A stretch of 64,000 nucleotides of DNA, taken from positions 34,906,001 to 34,970,000 of the forward strand of contig OX597839.1 of the NCBI GenBank assembly GCA_951406725.2, written 5' to 3'. The notes under the pieces are model-generated. The model did no database searches and had not been told where the DNA came from. It saw nothing but the letters and a program-made list of their open reading frames with translations. Shown piece by piece: positions 16,705 to 29,780 of this stretch (position 1 is the stretch's first letter; each line of letters starts with the position of its first letter). The translations under genes and the position numbers were made by a program. Origin of the DNA: Octopus vulgaris. Lineage: Eukaryota.

Positions 16705-16799
16705 TACATATATCTATATATATATACATATATACAATATATATAATATATATATATAATATATATATATATATACATATATAATATAATATATATATA

Positions 16800-16882
<83 letters not shown>

Positions 16883-16937
16883 TATATACATATATATATA
16901 TACACATATATATACATATATATATACATACATATAC

Positions 16938-16985
<48 letters not shown>

Positions 16986-17134
16986 GAAAGAATGGAGTCG
17001 AACGAATTTTCCATATTAGGATAATTCATTCACCTACTTAAATATACATATATATATGCACACATACGTATATACACACATGCCATTTCCGCTTGGCTGT
17101 GATTTGCAACTTAAAGTGACCAGACACTCCATGT

Positions 17135-17170
<36 letters not shown>

Positions 17171-17172
17171 GC

Positions 17173-17203
<31 letters not shown>

Positions 17204-17482
17204 TGTTTTTATTTTTTTATTTTACTTGTTTCAGATTGCAGCCATGCTGGAGCACTGCCTTTAGTCAAACAAATTGACCCCTGGACTTATTCTTTGTATG
17301 CCTAGTACTTAATTTATTGATCTCTTATGCCGAACCGCTAAGTTACGGTGACATAAACACACCAACATCGGTTGTCAAGCGATGGGGGTGGGGAGACAAA
17401 CATGGACACACAAATATATACATATATATATATATATCATCATCATCATCGTTTAGCGTCCGTTTTCCATGCTAGCATGGGT

Positions 17483-17517
<35 letters not shown>

Positions 17518-17613
17518 ATATATATATATATATATGTTTATTTTATAGTGAGTACCTTATTTACTGTGGTTAACCGCGACTCAACCCGGGACCTACATAT
17601 ATATATATATGTA

Positions 17614-17699
<86 letters not shown>

Positions 17700-17701
<2 letters not shown>

Positions 17702-18190
17702 GACCTGTTGAGGCAAGTGTGTGACACTTGTGAAGACCTGTTGAGGCAAGTGAAAATCAAACCAAATCAAAATAGATGAACATCAATGGAATTTGTATCT
17801 TTGTGGTACCAGTGCCGGTGGCACACAAGAAAACCATCCGAACGTGGCCGTAGCCAGTACCGCATCGACTGGCCTCCGTGCTGTGGGCACGTAACAAACA
17901 CCATCCGATCGTAGCCGTTCGCCAGCCTCATCTGGCCCTTGTGTCGGTGGCACATAAAAACACCATCCGAGCGTGGCCGTTCGCCAGCCTCGTCTGGCAC
18001 CTGTGTTGGTGGCACATAAAATCACCCACTACACTCTCGGAGTGGTTGGCGTTAGGAAGGGCATCCAGCTGTAGAAACACTGCCAGATCTGACTGGCCTG
18101 GTGCAGCCTTCGGGCTCCCCAGACCCCAGTTGAACCGTCCAACCCATGCTAGCATGGAAAGCGGACGTTAAATGATGATGATGATGATGA
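17700..18190 (+). mobile_element. RTE-LINE 3'UTR fragment with (GAT)n tail; representative
   Basis: Repeated gtgccggtggcacgtaaaaagcacc-like units ending ccaacccatgctagcatggaaagcggacgttaaa(tga)n. Same sequence follows RTE coding remnants at 25775-26645 and 29781-31755. Other copies at 2905-3220, 18380-18820, 25335-25730 and 57960-58368. Confidence 0.7.
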
Positions 18191-21100
18191 TATAGGCAAG
18201 CTGGCAGAACCGTTAGCACGCCCGGGTGAAATGCGTAGCTGTATTTCGTCTGCCGGTACGTTCTGAGTTCAAGTTCAAATTCCGCCTAGGTCGACTTTGC
18301 CTTTAATCCTTTCGAGGTCGATAAATAAAGTACCAGTTACACGCTGGGGTCGATGTAATCGACTTAATCCCTTTATTTGTCATCATCATCATCATTTAGT
18401 GTCCGCTTTCCATGATAGCATGGGTTGGAGGGTTCAACTGGGGTCTGGAAAGCCAAGAGGCTGCATCAGGCCCAGTTTGATCTGGCAGTGTTTCTACAGC
18501 TGGATGCCCTTCCTAACGCCAACAACTCTGTGAGTGTAGTGGGTGCTTTTTACGTGCCACCAACACAGGTGCCAGACGAGTCTGGCAAACGGCCACTATC
18601 ACATGGTGCATTTTACATGCCACCAGCACGGGGGCCAGGCAAGGCTGGCAACGGCCATAATCGGATGGTGCTTTTTACGTGCCACCGGCACGGAGGCCAG
18701 TCGGGCGGTGCTGGCAATGGCCACGTTCGGACGGTTCTTTTACGTACCACCGGCACTGGTATCACAGCTACAATTTCCATTGATGTTGATCGATTTTGAT
18801 TTTGATTTTCACTTGCCTCTGCTCAGGTGCACCGCAACTTATCAAAAGTGCATATAAAGCATATGCAGTAATGTCTGGGAAGTGAACAGTGTATGAGTCA
18901 GATAGATGCTTGCGTGTGTATGGAGGGGAAGAGAAAATCAGGTGTAGTGTTGTCCAATCTCTGGAAGCACGGAAGTTTTAAAGGATGCAGTGCTCCGACA
19001 ACTAACAACTGATGCCGGCAGTTTGTTCCATACTTCAGCGTGTGTATGGAGGGGAAGAGAAGATCAGGTGTAGTGTTGTCCAATCTCAGGAAGCACGGAA
19101 GTTTTGAAGGATGCAGTGCTCCGACAACTAACAACTGATGCTGGCAGTTGTTCCATACTTCAGCAACTGTTAGCGGGAAAAAAAAAAATGTTTCTGAAAG
19201 TCGTAGAAGGAGCTGTGCTGTTTTCTGACTTTGTAAACATGTTCACAGGTGGTAGACAGGTGGCATTTGAAAAGGTGCTCAGAGTTATATATATATATAT
19301 ATACAAATTGTACATTTTATGTGAATAATATATACTCTATTGACTAATTGGATCTTTTCGGTTTGAACAGCAGTTTTTAACATAATTTCTAGGTAACTAA
19401 AAAATTTTAAACTTCGTATACTGGTAGAATGTGTTTATAAAACATCTTTTTCTCTTGGCTTTATTGAGAAAATTCTATGGTTTGTAAGATTTTTGTTGTT
19501 TTTTTTCTTCAATTTCTGCAATTTCAACCAATCACTGACGTCTATTGAGGTAAAAAAAAACACATTCTGTGCCGAATGAATATGTCCCTCGTTTAAGAAA
19601 CAGATTGGGTTTATTTACATTTGTGAAGAAAAAAAGATACCCTAACCCTAACCCTAAAATAGATTGAAATGCAATAGATCGATACCAGGGTCATAATTAT
19701 GGGTGACAATTTCATGACACCGCTAGAAAAAAACTGCCATTCAAACCGAAAAGATCCGACTAATTTTTTTTTGTGCTAGGCCACTGGTAATAACATTTTC
19801 TATAATTCTTATTACCCTAATATTATTTATGTTTTATATATATATATCAGAAATATTAAATTTCTAAATATCTCATAGAGATATGTACGGTGGTGGGGCG
19901 ATAGAGTGGTTGTATACTGTCAATTCAACGTGATAGTAGGGGATTACAACACCGCTGTTTAGCCCTAGGAAGCATCGACGCATTTCCTGTGTCCTTATAT
20001 ATTTATGAAGGGGAGACAAACACATCCAACAGCTAGGCCTGCATCTAGAGACACGCATGTTTCAGGGTCTTTGCCCATCATCGGTCTAGAGTAGCAGAAG
20101 CCTGCTAGCTGACGTCACGTTAAGTTGATAGTATACAACCACTCTCTCTCTTTATATATATAAAAAAAAAAATTTTTTTTTTAATGCGCAACTCCATTGT
20201 CTCCCGAGACAGAAAGAATGCCAATACAATACAATACAATATATATATATATATATACCTCTTTTTTTTTATTGCCCACAAGGGGCTAAACATAGAGAGG
20301 ACAAACAAGGACAGACATAGGTATTAAGTTGATTGCATCGACCCCAGTATGTAACTAGTACTTAATTTATCGACCCCGAAAGGATGAAAGGCAAAGTCGA
20401 CCTCGGCGGAATTTGAACTCAGAACGTAGCGGCAGACGAAATACCGCTCAGTATTTCGCCCGGCGTGCTAACGCTTCTGCCAGCTCGCCATACACACACA
20501 CATGTGTGCATACACGCATCTCATTTTCACATGGGCGCGGCGATTTGCGACTTTAAGTGACCAGGCAATGCGTGTATTTTACACACACGCATACACACAA
20601 AATCAACATTCATTATTCTCACAGCACAACAATAATAATCAACATCTATTGTTTTAAAGAAATCACAGATTAACACAAGTCTTCTTTTCACGTTTAATTA
20701 TCGACATTTTTCTTTTTTTAAATCATAAAAAATATAGTTTGGCGTAACTTCGGTATAAGTACCGGATATATTTCAAGAAAGTGTTTTTTTTATATATGGG
20801 GGCGTTAGGGTCAGGGTTTGTGTTAGGGTTAGGATTAGGGGTGGGAGAAAAGGGTTTCTGTTACCTTCAGAAATGTAAACAATCACATGTGTACCTATAC
20901 CGAAGGATCGCCTATAATTTTATTATTTGAGATCGTAGGCATTTTGGAAGGGAACATGTATTAATTGCTAACCTCAACAACTTTTAGGAATTTTCGGCGG
21001 TCCTTGATTAAAAGTCTATACCTCATGTTTTTTTTTTATCAGTTTTAGTTGTTGTTTTTTTTTAATGAAAGCAATTTTTAATATTCCTTACAAATGTATC

Positions 21101-21298
21101 AGGCAATTAATATCGCAATCAGCAATCAGCATACAAGTGACATTAATTAAACACACATCGAATTACTGGGGCGGTTTCGGTGAGAAAAACACCAACAACG
21201 TTCTTGTTATTCTTGTTTACACGATGAATAATGGATAATGAATATTTTTCTTCCTTAAATTCATTTGAAGACGTATTGTTCAAATATTCAATCAACTC

Positions 21299-21383
21299 TC
21301 ACTGAAACAGCAATGGTAAATTTAAGGAGAGAAAAGAAGAAAAAAAAATACCACCAACCGTGCTGTGGTCGCACATCGGTGAC
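21299..21383 (-). CDS. Possible terminal exon of the PLAAT-like gene (hydrophobic C-terminal tail)
   Basis: Acceptor cttcttaaag|. A phase-2 join gives RSPMCDHSTVGGIFFSSFLSLNLPLLFQ*. Speculative. Confidence 0.25.
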
Positions 21384-21663
21384 CTTTAAGAAGGGTTTGT
21401 TTAAGGAATTCCATTCCAGAATTGTTCGTTTGGATTTAGAAGAGATTGTTTTTTAACCCCACAAGTGAATTATACATACATACATACACACATATATATA
21501 TATATATAAACACCAGGCAACCTGGGTGTAATGTTTGAATATGTGTGTATACATTATACATACATACATACATATATATAACGTAGACGCAGCAACGTGG
21601 TATAAAGTTTATAAAAAGTAGTTTATGTTAATTTGACGGTGGGGTTGAGCATGTGAGTGTATG

Positions 21664-21733
<70 letters not shown>

Positions 21734-22107
21734 GAAAGTTACAGAAAAACAAAAGACGAAGACAGCAGGTGTCTAGTAGTTTGACGCTCGGGAAAGTGAG
21801 AAAGTCTTTACGTTTCGAGCCTACGCTCTTTAACAGAAAGGAACGCGAAGAAATAAACAGAAATAATAAAGAGAGAATATATGCATGCACACATGTGTGT
21901 ATGTGTTTGTTTGTTTGTATGTATGTATAAGTAAAATTGATGGTTCTCAGTTTGCCTCTTCGAGAAAGTATGATGAGGTGATTGGTGATTCGGTTCTGTG
22001 AGAGTCAAACCTTCCAAAATTGATGTGGAGTTTTGCTAGTTCTTTAAAAAACAACCTTTTTTTTCTCTTTTCAACTTCATAACTACAAGTCAGTTCTCAG
22101 TACATAC

Positions 22108-22481
22108 CTGGTGGCCGATCTAAGTTTGTCGTTCACCTGTGAACTAAAATGTTTGCCATATCGGCACCAATTAACGAAATGTTCACAATTGTTGCTCCAC
22201 AAACTGTATTTGTATTCGCCGATCCTCGACTGAGCCCTTCTCACGATGTCACACCCGCCGAAAGATTGGGTCTCTTCGTCGTGGATGTTGGCCACCGCCA
22301 CAGGGCTGCCCGCCGCCACTGCACTCAAACTCTCGAGACGGACCTTTGCATCATATTGTGTCTTCACGTCCGCTTCTCCGCTGTAATGAATTACAGAGCC
22401 TAAACCGGCATAAATTGCATAATGGTCGTAGCTTCCTCGGTTAAAGCGCAAGATGCTGCCCAGAGGATAAGGTTCAAATAA
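22108..22481 (-). CDS. Catalytic exon of an LRAT/PLAAT (HRASLS)-family NlpC/P60 phospholipase A/acyltransferase
   Basis: LFEPYPLGSILRFNRGSYDHYAIY..VIHYS..YSLWSNNCEHFVNWCRYG: H-box His, second His and NCEHF Cys are all intact. Acceptor ttctttattccattcag| and donor AG|gtatgt. The ORF-track 22083-22520 reads through both splice sites. Confidence 0.88.
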
Positions 22482-23761
22482 CTGAATGGAATAAAGAAAG
22501 GCACACACGAAAAAATTCATTATTCCAGACTTTTCTTTCTATCTGTTCTCCCTGATTAACGCGTTTTTCTTCTTTCTTTTTCTTTTTTTTCAATGTAAAA
22601 TAATACAGAAAAATAATTAAACCAAAAAAAAAGAGGAAAAACTACCAGAACAATGGCAAAGCACCGCAACTGGATAATTATACGACGTAAGGGAAGAAAT
22701 TAACGAGGAAATTATTATGAGTAAGAACCTGGAAGTATACGAAGAAGGGTGGAGTTGAAATGAAGAGGAAGTGACAGAATGAAAAGAAAGGAGTAATAAA
22801 TGGATAAAGTAAAAGATAGAGAGGGAAATATATGAAACATGCCGGTAATATATCAAAATAGACGGAGAGACGGACGAATAATTTGAAGCGGATAAAACAT
22901 ACGATGATGCAAGATTAGGAATAGGTTAGATGAATGAATGAATGAATGAATGAATGGAGATGGGAAAGCGATTAAAGAGGGATTATGACAACGATAATAG
23001 ATATATTAATAGTGATAGATAGACTAAAACATAGATAGATAGAGAGAAGGAAGATACGGTCAGAGATAGCGCGGGGTAAATGAAGATTAGAATTAACGAA
23101 ACAAACGTAACTTATAATATATATAAATATAGGGATGAGTAAACGATAATAAATATGACACATAAATGTGACTGATGTCTTCTTTGAAATTGTTTATATT
23201 AAGTTGACAGCGTCTAAATAATACGACATCCATGAATGATCTGTCATGACGAAGATGATGATGATGATGGTGATGGTGATGGTGCAATGCTGACAAGAAA
23301 CTGTTGCAATCGAGTTTTGTGTGTCATCAGACGGAATGGAGATAAAACATAACCCGGTTTTCTATTTATTCACATACGAAATCGATATAATTCTCGTCAC
23401 AGTGCATCTTCCTTTGTCTCTTTCTCTTTCGTTATCTATCTATTTGTCCGTCCATCCATCCATCCATCCATTCATCCACATGTATCCGGACACACAGACA
23501 CACATTATCTCACATCCTTCACTTGTTCAGTTCTTCTTCTTGTTGTTTTTTTATTAACCTCGGTACTTAGTCTGTCGGTGTCTTTTGTCAAACACACCCA
23601 ACACCGGTTGCCAAGCAGTGTTGGAGTACAATCACAGACACAAAAACGCACGTATTTCATACGACGGACTTCTTTCGGTTTCCGTCAATCAAATCCACTC
23701 ACAAGGCTTTGGTTGGCCCGAGGCTCATAACAAAAGACACTTGCCCAAGGTGCCACTGCAC

Positions 23762-23985
23762 GCGGCGAGCTGGCAGAACCGTTAGCACGCCGGGCGAAAT
23801 GCGTAGCCGTATTTCGTCTGCCGTTACGTTCTGAGTTCAAATTCCGCCGAGGTCGACTTTGCCTTTCATCCTTTCGGGGTCGATTAATTAAATACCAGTT
23901 ACGCACTGGTGTCGATGTAATCGACTTGATCCCTTTGTCTGTCTTTGTTTGTCCCCTCTATGTTTAGCCCCTTGTGGGTAATAAA
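23762..23985 (+). mobile_element. tRNA-derived SINE (family B) with Tx1-like 3' tail; representative
   Basis: gcggcgagctggcagaaccgttagcacg...gagttcaaattcc...gtttagccccttgtgggtaataaa. Copies at 3228-3405, 18195-18375, 20260-20489 and 29416-29645. Confidence 0.8.
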
Positions 23986-24070
23986 AAAAAAAAAGAAAAA
24001 TATATAACTACTACATGTTACCCACCTCCTCCACCGACTTTGTTCTCTCGTAACATTCAGAAAAATGGAT

Positions 24071-24603
24071 GGCGATCTTTCGTCTCTAGTAGACCTTTCC
24101 GTCGATTTCCGTAAAAAAATTTTTTTTTTTCTTTACATATGGGCTTGCGGGAACTTTTGAAGTAATGAGAGCGAAAGAGAACTAAGAGAAAGCGATTGTA
24201 TGACGAGGGAAGTTCTTTTGAAGTTACCGTGCATGTGAAGCATTGATGTACATGTGTGTGTGTGTTTGATGGGGTGTGGGAGACAGAAAGTATGTTGTGT
24301 AAGTGAAGTGCTTCTGTTAGTGTGTGAAGAGACAGAGAGAGTAATGTGTGTCTTTCGCTCTCATTACTTCAAAAGTTCCCGCAAGCCCATCATCATCATC
24401 GTCATCGTCGTTTAGCGTCCGTTCTCAATGCTAGCATGGGTTGGACGGTTCGACCGGGGTTCTGGGAAGCTAGAAGGCTGCACCAGGCTCCAGTCTAATC
24501 TGGCAATGTTTCTACAGCTGGATGCCCTTCCTAACGCCAATGTAAAAAAAATAATTTTTTTACGGAAATCGACGGAAAGGTCTACTAGAGACGAAAGATC
24601 GCC
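24071..24603. mobile_element. MITE with ~110-bp TIRs, GGCGATC termini and 8-bp TSD, interrupted by an RTE 3' fragment
   Basis: ggcgatctttcgtctctagtagacc.. / ..ggtctactagagacgaaagatcgcc; TSD aaatggat at 24063-24070 and 24604-24611; insertion at ~24390-24540. Confidence 0.85.
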
Positions 24604-25188
24604 AAATGGATGTTTTTTAATAGAATTTTCTACAAATACTTTTCAGATTTGTTGTGCAGATTTTTTGAAAATGTGATAAAAGTTAACGTTAGTCCGGTAA
24701 CATTAAGTGAAAAAAGGCATAAGTACAGTTTAATACCCCACTGACTTTGTTGCTTCAGAAAAAGCGGATTCTTTTTAATGAAACGTTTGTTTCTATCCTT
24801 TTCAATTAAGTGTATTAAAGATTTGTTGGAAAAAATTTTCCAAGGAGTTTCAAAAAATTCACAGAACCCGACATTTTCCCACCTCACAACTTTCTGGAAA
24901 ATAGGCAACTGCTAAGGAAATTTTATATAAATACCTTTCAAATGGTGTAGATTACAATTATAAAGAAATTTGAAGGCAAAAGGTTTGGAAGGGGACAGGG
25001 AAGTAGTTTCCAGAAAATGGAGTTTCGGATCAGACGGCCCACATACATTCGAGTTTTGACGAGGATTTTTCCGATGTTTTTCACCAAAGTCTTCAGAATG
25101 ATGGGACAGCTGTGCCAATTCTGCCCATAAGGCAGCAACAATGTGGCTGTAGGTCATAACACCTGGGCAACACTGGGATACATTGCTA

Positions 25189-25222
<34 letters not shown>

Positions 25223-25300
25223 TAATAAATAAAATATATGCATACATACATACATATATGTACGTACCTACATCTACATGTATATATACATGCATATATA

Positions 25301-25334
<34 letters not shown>

Positions 25335-25734
25335 TCATCATCATCATTTAACGTCCGTTTTCCATGCTAGCACGGGTTGGACGGTTTGACTGAGGACTGG
25401 CGGAGCAGATGGCTGCACCAGGCTCCAATTTTGATTTGGCAGAGTTTCTACAGCTGGATGCCCTTCCTAATGCCAACCAGTCCGAGAGTATAGTGGGTGC
25501 ATTTTACATGCCACCAGCATGAGGGCCAGTTAGGCGGTACTGGTAATACCTCGCTCGAATTTTTTTACGCATGCCACCGGCACAGGTACCAGTAAGGCGA
25601 CGTTGGTAACGATCATGCTCGAATGGTGCCCTTTTACATGCCACCGGCACGGAAGCCAGTTGGCTGCTCTGGCAACGATCACACTCAGATGGTGCTCTTG
25701 GCACCCTACGAGCACGGGTACGAGTGCCAGTAAG

Positions 25735-25767
<33 letters not shown>

Positions 25768-25774
25768 ATATATG

Positions 25775-26645
25775 TCAGTGTGCATACTCGACAGAGGGTA
25801 AGTACCTTGAGAGAAAAGTTGGACCTAAGAAGCATCAGATGTGGTGTGCAAGAGAGACGACTGCGCTGGTATGGCCATGTGGTGAGAATGGATGAGGATA
25901 GCTGTGTGAAAAAGTGCCACATCCTAGCGGTTGAGGGAACCTGTGGAAGAGATAGACCCAGGAAGACCTGGGGTGAGGTGGTGGAGCATGACCTTAGAAC
26001 ATTGGGCTTCACCAAGGCAACGACTAGTGACCGGGACCTTTGGAAATATGCTGTGCCTGAGAAGACTTGGCAAGCTCAAGTGAGACCATAACCCTGTGGC
26101 CTATGCCAGGGGTGTAACCAGCCCATTTATGTGTACCTTTCCTTCATTGGACACTAAATTCTGCTTGCGAAGACCTGTTGAGGCAAGTGGAATCGAAATC
26201 AAAATCAAATTTGATGACTGGCATCCGTGCTAGTGGAGCGCTAAGAGTATCATATGAGCGTGACCGTTGCCAGAGCAACAAGCTGGCCTCCATGCCAATG
26301 GCACATAAAAAGCACCATTCGAGCGTCACCTTACTGGCACTTGTGCTGGTAGCATGTGAAAAAACACTTGAGCGAGATCGTTGCCAGTGCCGCTGGTGGC
26401 ACATAAATAGCACCATTTGAGCGTGGCCGCTGCCAGTACCACCTGACTGGCCCTCATGCTGGTGGCACGTACAAGCACCCACTACACTCTTGGAGTGGTT
26501 GGTGTTAGGAAGGGCATCCAGCTGTAGAAACTCTGCCAGATCAGATTGGAGTCTGGTGCAGCCATCTGGCTCGCCAGACCTCAGTCAAATCGTCCAACCT
26601 ATGCCAGCATGGAAAGTGGATGTTAAACGAAGATGATGATGATGG
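25775..26645 (+). mobile_element. RTE-clade LINE 3' fragment
   Basis: Encodes ..VQERRLRWYGHVVRMDEDSCVKK..GRDRPRKTW.., followed by the 3'UTR and a (GAT)n tail. Confidence 0.8.
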
Positions 26646-27057
26646 TATATTTATGCTTCATCCGTAACCATAAATTTGAAAAAAGAAGCACACACACACA
26701 CACATACATATATATGTGTATCATTGTGGTTCTGATTGTTGCCTGCCAGCATCGGACAACCGGTGCTGGTGTGTTTACATCTGCCATCATGTAGCAGTTC
26801 AACAAAAGAGACTGATAGAATAGGTACCAGGATTAAAAAAGAAAATCAAAAGTCCTGGGGGTTCATTTGTATGAGTAAAATTCTTCACAGTGGTGCCCCA
26901 GCATGGCCATAATATTATGGCTAAAACAAGTAAAAAAGATAAAAGGTTGAAATTTTAGATGTGTGTATATATGATAGACTGCATGCAGAGTTGTTCAATA
27001 CCAGCTTTATCAAGAGGCTGAGGAGGTGGTTTTTTCCTTTTTTTCTTCTTTTTTTTT

Positions 27058-27280
27058 TTATATTGGCTTAAGATAAGTTACATTATCATATTCTCCGGCT
27101 GCTGAAATTCCTGGATCTGAATCTAAACTTTCATAAAATTCTTCAGATTTTTGCCTATGGAAGTGAAATTGTTGTCCAGGTCCGTTGATATAATTTGAGT
27201 TGGTATTTTGCATGGAGGAGGAAGTGACTTGAGATCCTGATATATTACCTTTGCCTTTGTTGTTTCTGAGCATCTTAGAC
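27058..27280 (-). CDS. Receptor-like gene, terminal exon K (cytoplasmic tail)
   Basis: Acceptor tgtctattgcag|, phase 2. [12 protein letters not shown]...[24 protein letters not shown]. Confidence 0.8.
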
Positions 27281-27319
27281 CTGCAATAGACAATACATAT
27301 ATAAGTATATGTATACATA

Positions 27320-27335
27320 TATCTTTATCTATCTG

Positions 27336-27406
<71 letters not shown>

Positions 27407-27427
27407 GTCTGTCTATTTATCTGTCTG

Positions 27428-27486
<59 letters not shown>

Positions 27487-27879
27487 GTCTGTCTATCTAT
27501 CTGTTTATCTATCTATCTATCTATCTGTCTATCTATCTATCTGTCTGTCTATTTATCTGTCTGTCTATCTATCTATCTATCTATCTGTCTGTGTATCTAT
27601 CTGTCTATCTGTCTGTCTATCTGTCTGTCTGTCTGTCTATCTGTCTATATGTCTGTCTGTCTCTCTCTCTTTCTCTCTATCTATCTGTCTGTCTATCTAT
27701 CTGTCTGTCTGTCTGTCTGTCTCTCTCTATCTGTCTGTCTGTCTGTCTATCTGTCTGTCTGTCTGTCTCTCTCTCTCTATCTGTCTGTCTGTCTGTCTGT
27801 CTCTCACTCTCTATCTATCTATCTGTCTGTCTGTCTGTCTCATTCTCTCTATCTGTCTGTCTGTCTGTCTATCTATCTG

Positions 27880-27911
<32 letters not shown>

Positions 27912-27922
27912 TCTCTATCTAT
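27320..27922. repeat. (TATC/TGTC)n microsatellite
   Basis: Direct reading. Confidence 0.9.
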
Positions 27923-28963
27923 CTGGCGAATGGCATCGCGAGTGTCGCATTGCTCTCAAGTAACTATGCCATCCCAGGTCGACTTTGAGCAACTTCAACA
28001 CAACCAAAGCATTCTATAGGGGATTAGTGGAGGGGAGGTACGATGATGATCTCGGGGCAAACTTGGGTGTTGACGAGGAATACCTGACCCGCCTGTTCAA
28101 GAGGACTTTCGGGCCGGGACCTATGGACAACTTCCAGAGATCTCTGGCCTGGCAGTGCTACCGAGAAGCGCTACCCATTCGGAATAAGCTCTTCAGACAC
28201 AGCTTGAGAAACATGGGGCCGACCTGCCCGAGATGTGGTCAGAGTGACGAAACCGTTCTGCACGCACTCGTGCAGTGTCCAACCATTTCCGATCTGTGGG
28301 TTTATGTCGAACGACTGCTGTCACGTGTGTGATGAGTTGGTTTATCAGCCGAGTCTATTGTCAATATTGTCACGCCCCCTTCCTTCAAATGGGAAGGAAG
28401 AGCTATTTTCATCATATTTGTGGCTATGGCGAAAGAATGTGTCTGGTGGATGCGTCTGAAAGGATTGGAGACAAACACTTTCCTCTCTGGTCAATCTCTC
28501 ATCAACTTCTTCAAGTATCACTTGAAAAGGAAAGTGAGAGTAGAGAGGCAAGTTTTGTCTAGCGAATGTTTTAAAAAAAGATGGGTGAATGTGGCAAGGA
28601 TGGCATGTATGAATGATGAAGCCACCTTGAGCATAATCCTATGAACCCAGAAAAATTTAAAACAGAGTTACCTACTTGCAAACAAATGTGGTAACATGTA
28701 ACATTATTGACCCAGGTTACCGTGGTCTTTTCCATAGGCTTTTATTTCCACAGATAAACCTTATCTGTTTCCCCCTTACACTTAACATCATGACATTTCT
28801 GTGATACACGATCCCTATTGATCGTTTTTTTTTTCTTTCTTTTTTACGATCCCTTTTGATCGAAAACCTACCCCATTTTTTTTTTTTTTTTCTTCCCAAA
28901 AAGAAATGCTCTACTTTGTAATTTGTCCCCTCAGAGTTCAGCCCTATGTGGCTAATAAAGAAA
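27923..28963 (+). mobile_element. Tx1/L1-clade LINE 3' fragment (disrupted)
   Basis: WQCYREALPIRNKL..CPRCGQSDETVLHALVQC (zf-RVT-type C-terminal motif). Stop/frameshift near 28330. 3' end cagccctatgtggctaataaagaaa, then (TATC)n. Confidence 0.8.
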
Positions 28964-29780
28964 CATATCTATCTATCTATCCACCTATCTATCTATCCAT
29001 ATATCCACCCATCTGTCTATCCACCCATCTATCTATCCATCCATCTATCTATCTATCCATCCATCCATCCATCCATCCATCATCGTTTAACATCATCGTT
29101 TAACATCTACCTTCTTTTCTGGCATGGTTTGATTGGAGGACTGGCAAGCCAGGAGGCGGCATCATGCTCAAATCTGATTTGGCAAAGTTTCTTCAGCTGG
29201 ATGCCCTTTCTAATGCCAACCACTGCGAGAATGTACTGGGTGCTTTATACATGCCACCAGCACGGGACCCAGTCAGGCAGCACTAGCATTAACCATGCTT
29301 GAATGGTGCTTTTTATGTGCCAGTCAGGTGGCATAGGCATCGGTCATGATCGAATGGTGCTTTTACGTGCCACTGGCACGGGAGCCAGTCAGGCAGCACT
29401 GGCATTGACTACATAGGCGGCAAACTGGCAGAAACGTTAGCATGCCGGGCGAAATGCGTAGCCATTTTTCGTCTGCCGTTATGTTCTGAGTTCAAATTCC
29501 GCCGAGGTCGACTTTGCCTTTCATTCTTTCAGGGTCGATAAATTAAGTACCAGTTGCACTCTGGGGTCGATATAATCGACTTAATCCGTCTGTCTGTCCT
29601 TGTTTGTCTCCTCTGTGTTTAGCCCCTTGTGGATAGTAAAGAAATCGGCATTGGCTACATTTGAATGGGGATTTTTACGTGTCACTGACACAGGTTCCAG
29701 TCAGGTGGCATCAGCATCAGTTATGCTAAAATGGTGCTTTTCATATGCCACCAGCACCAGAGCCAGGCAGGCGGTACCGG

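Noticed and set aside
23093-23296. His-rich ORF as first exon of the PLAAT-like gene
   Set aside because: The His run is a (CAT)n microsatellite and no convincing donor was found; the 5' structure of this gene remains unresolved.
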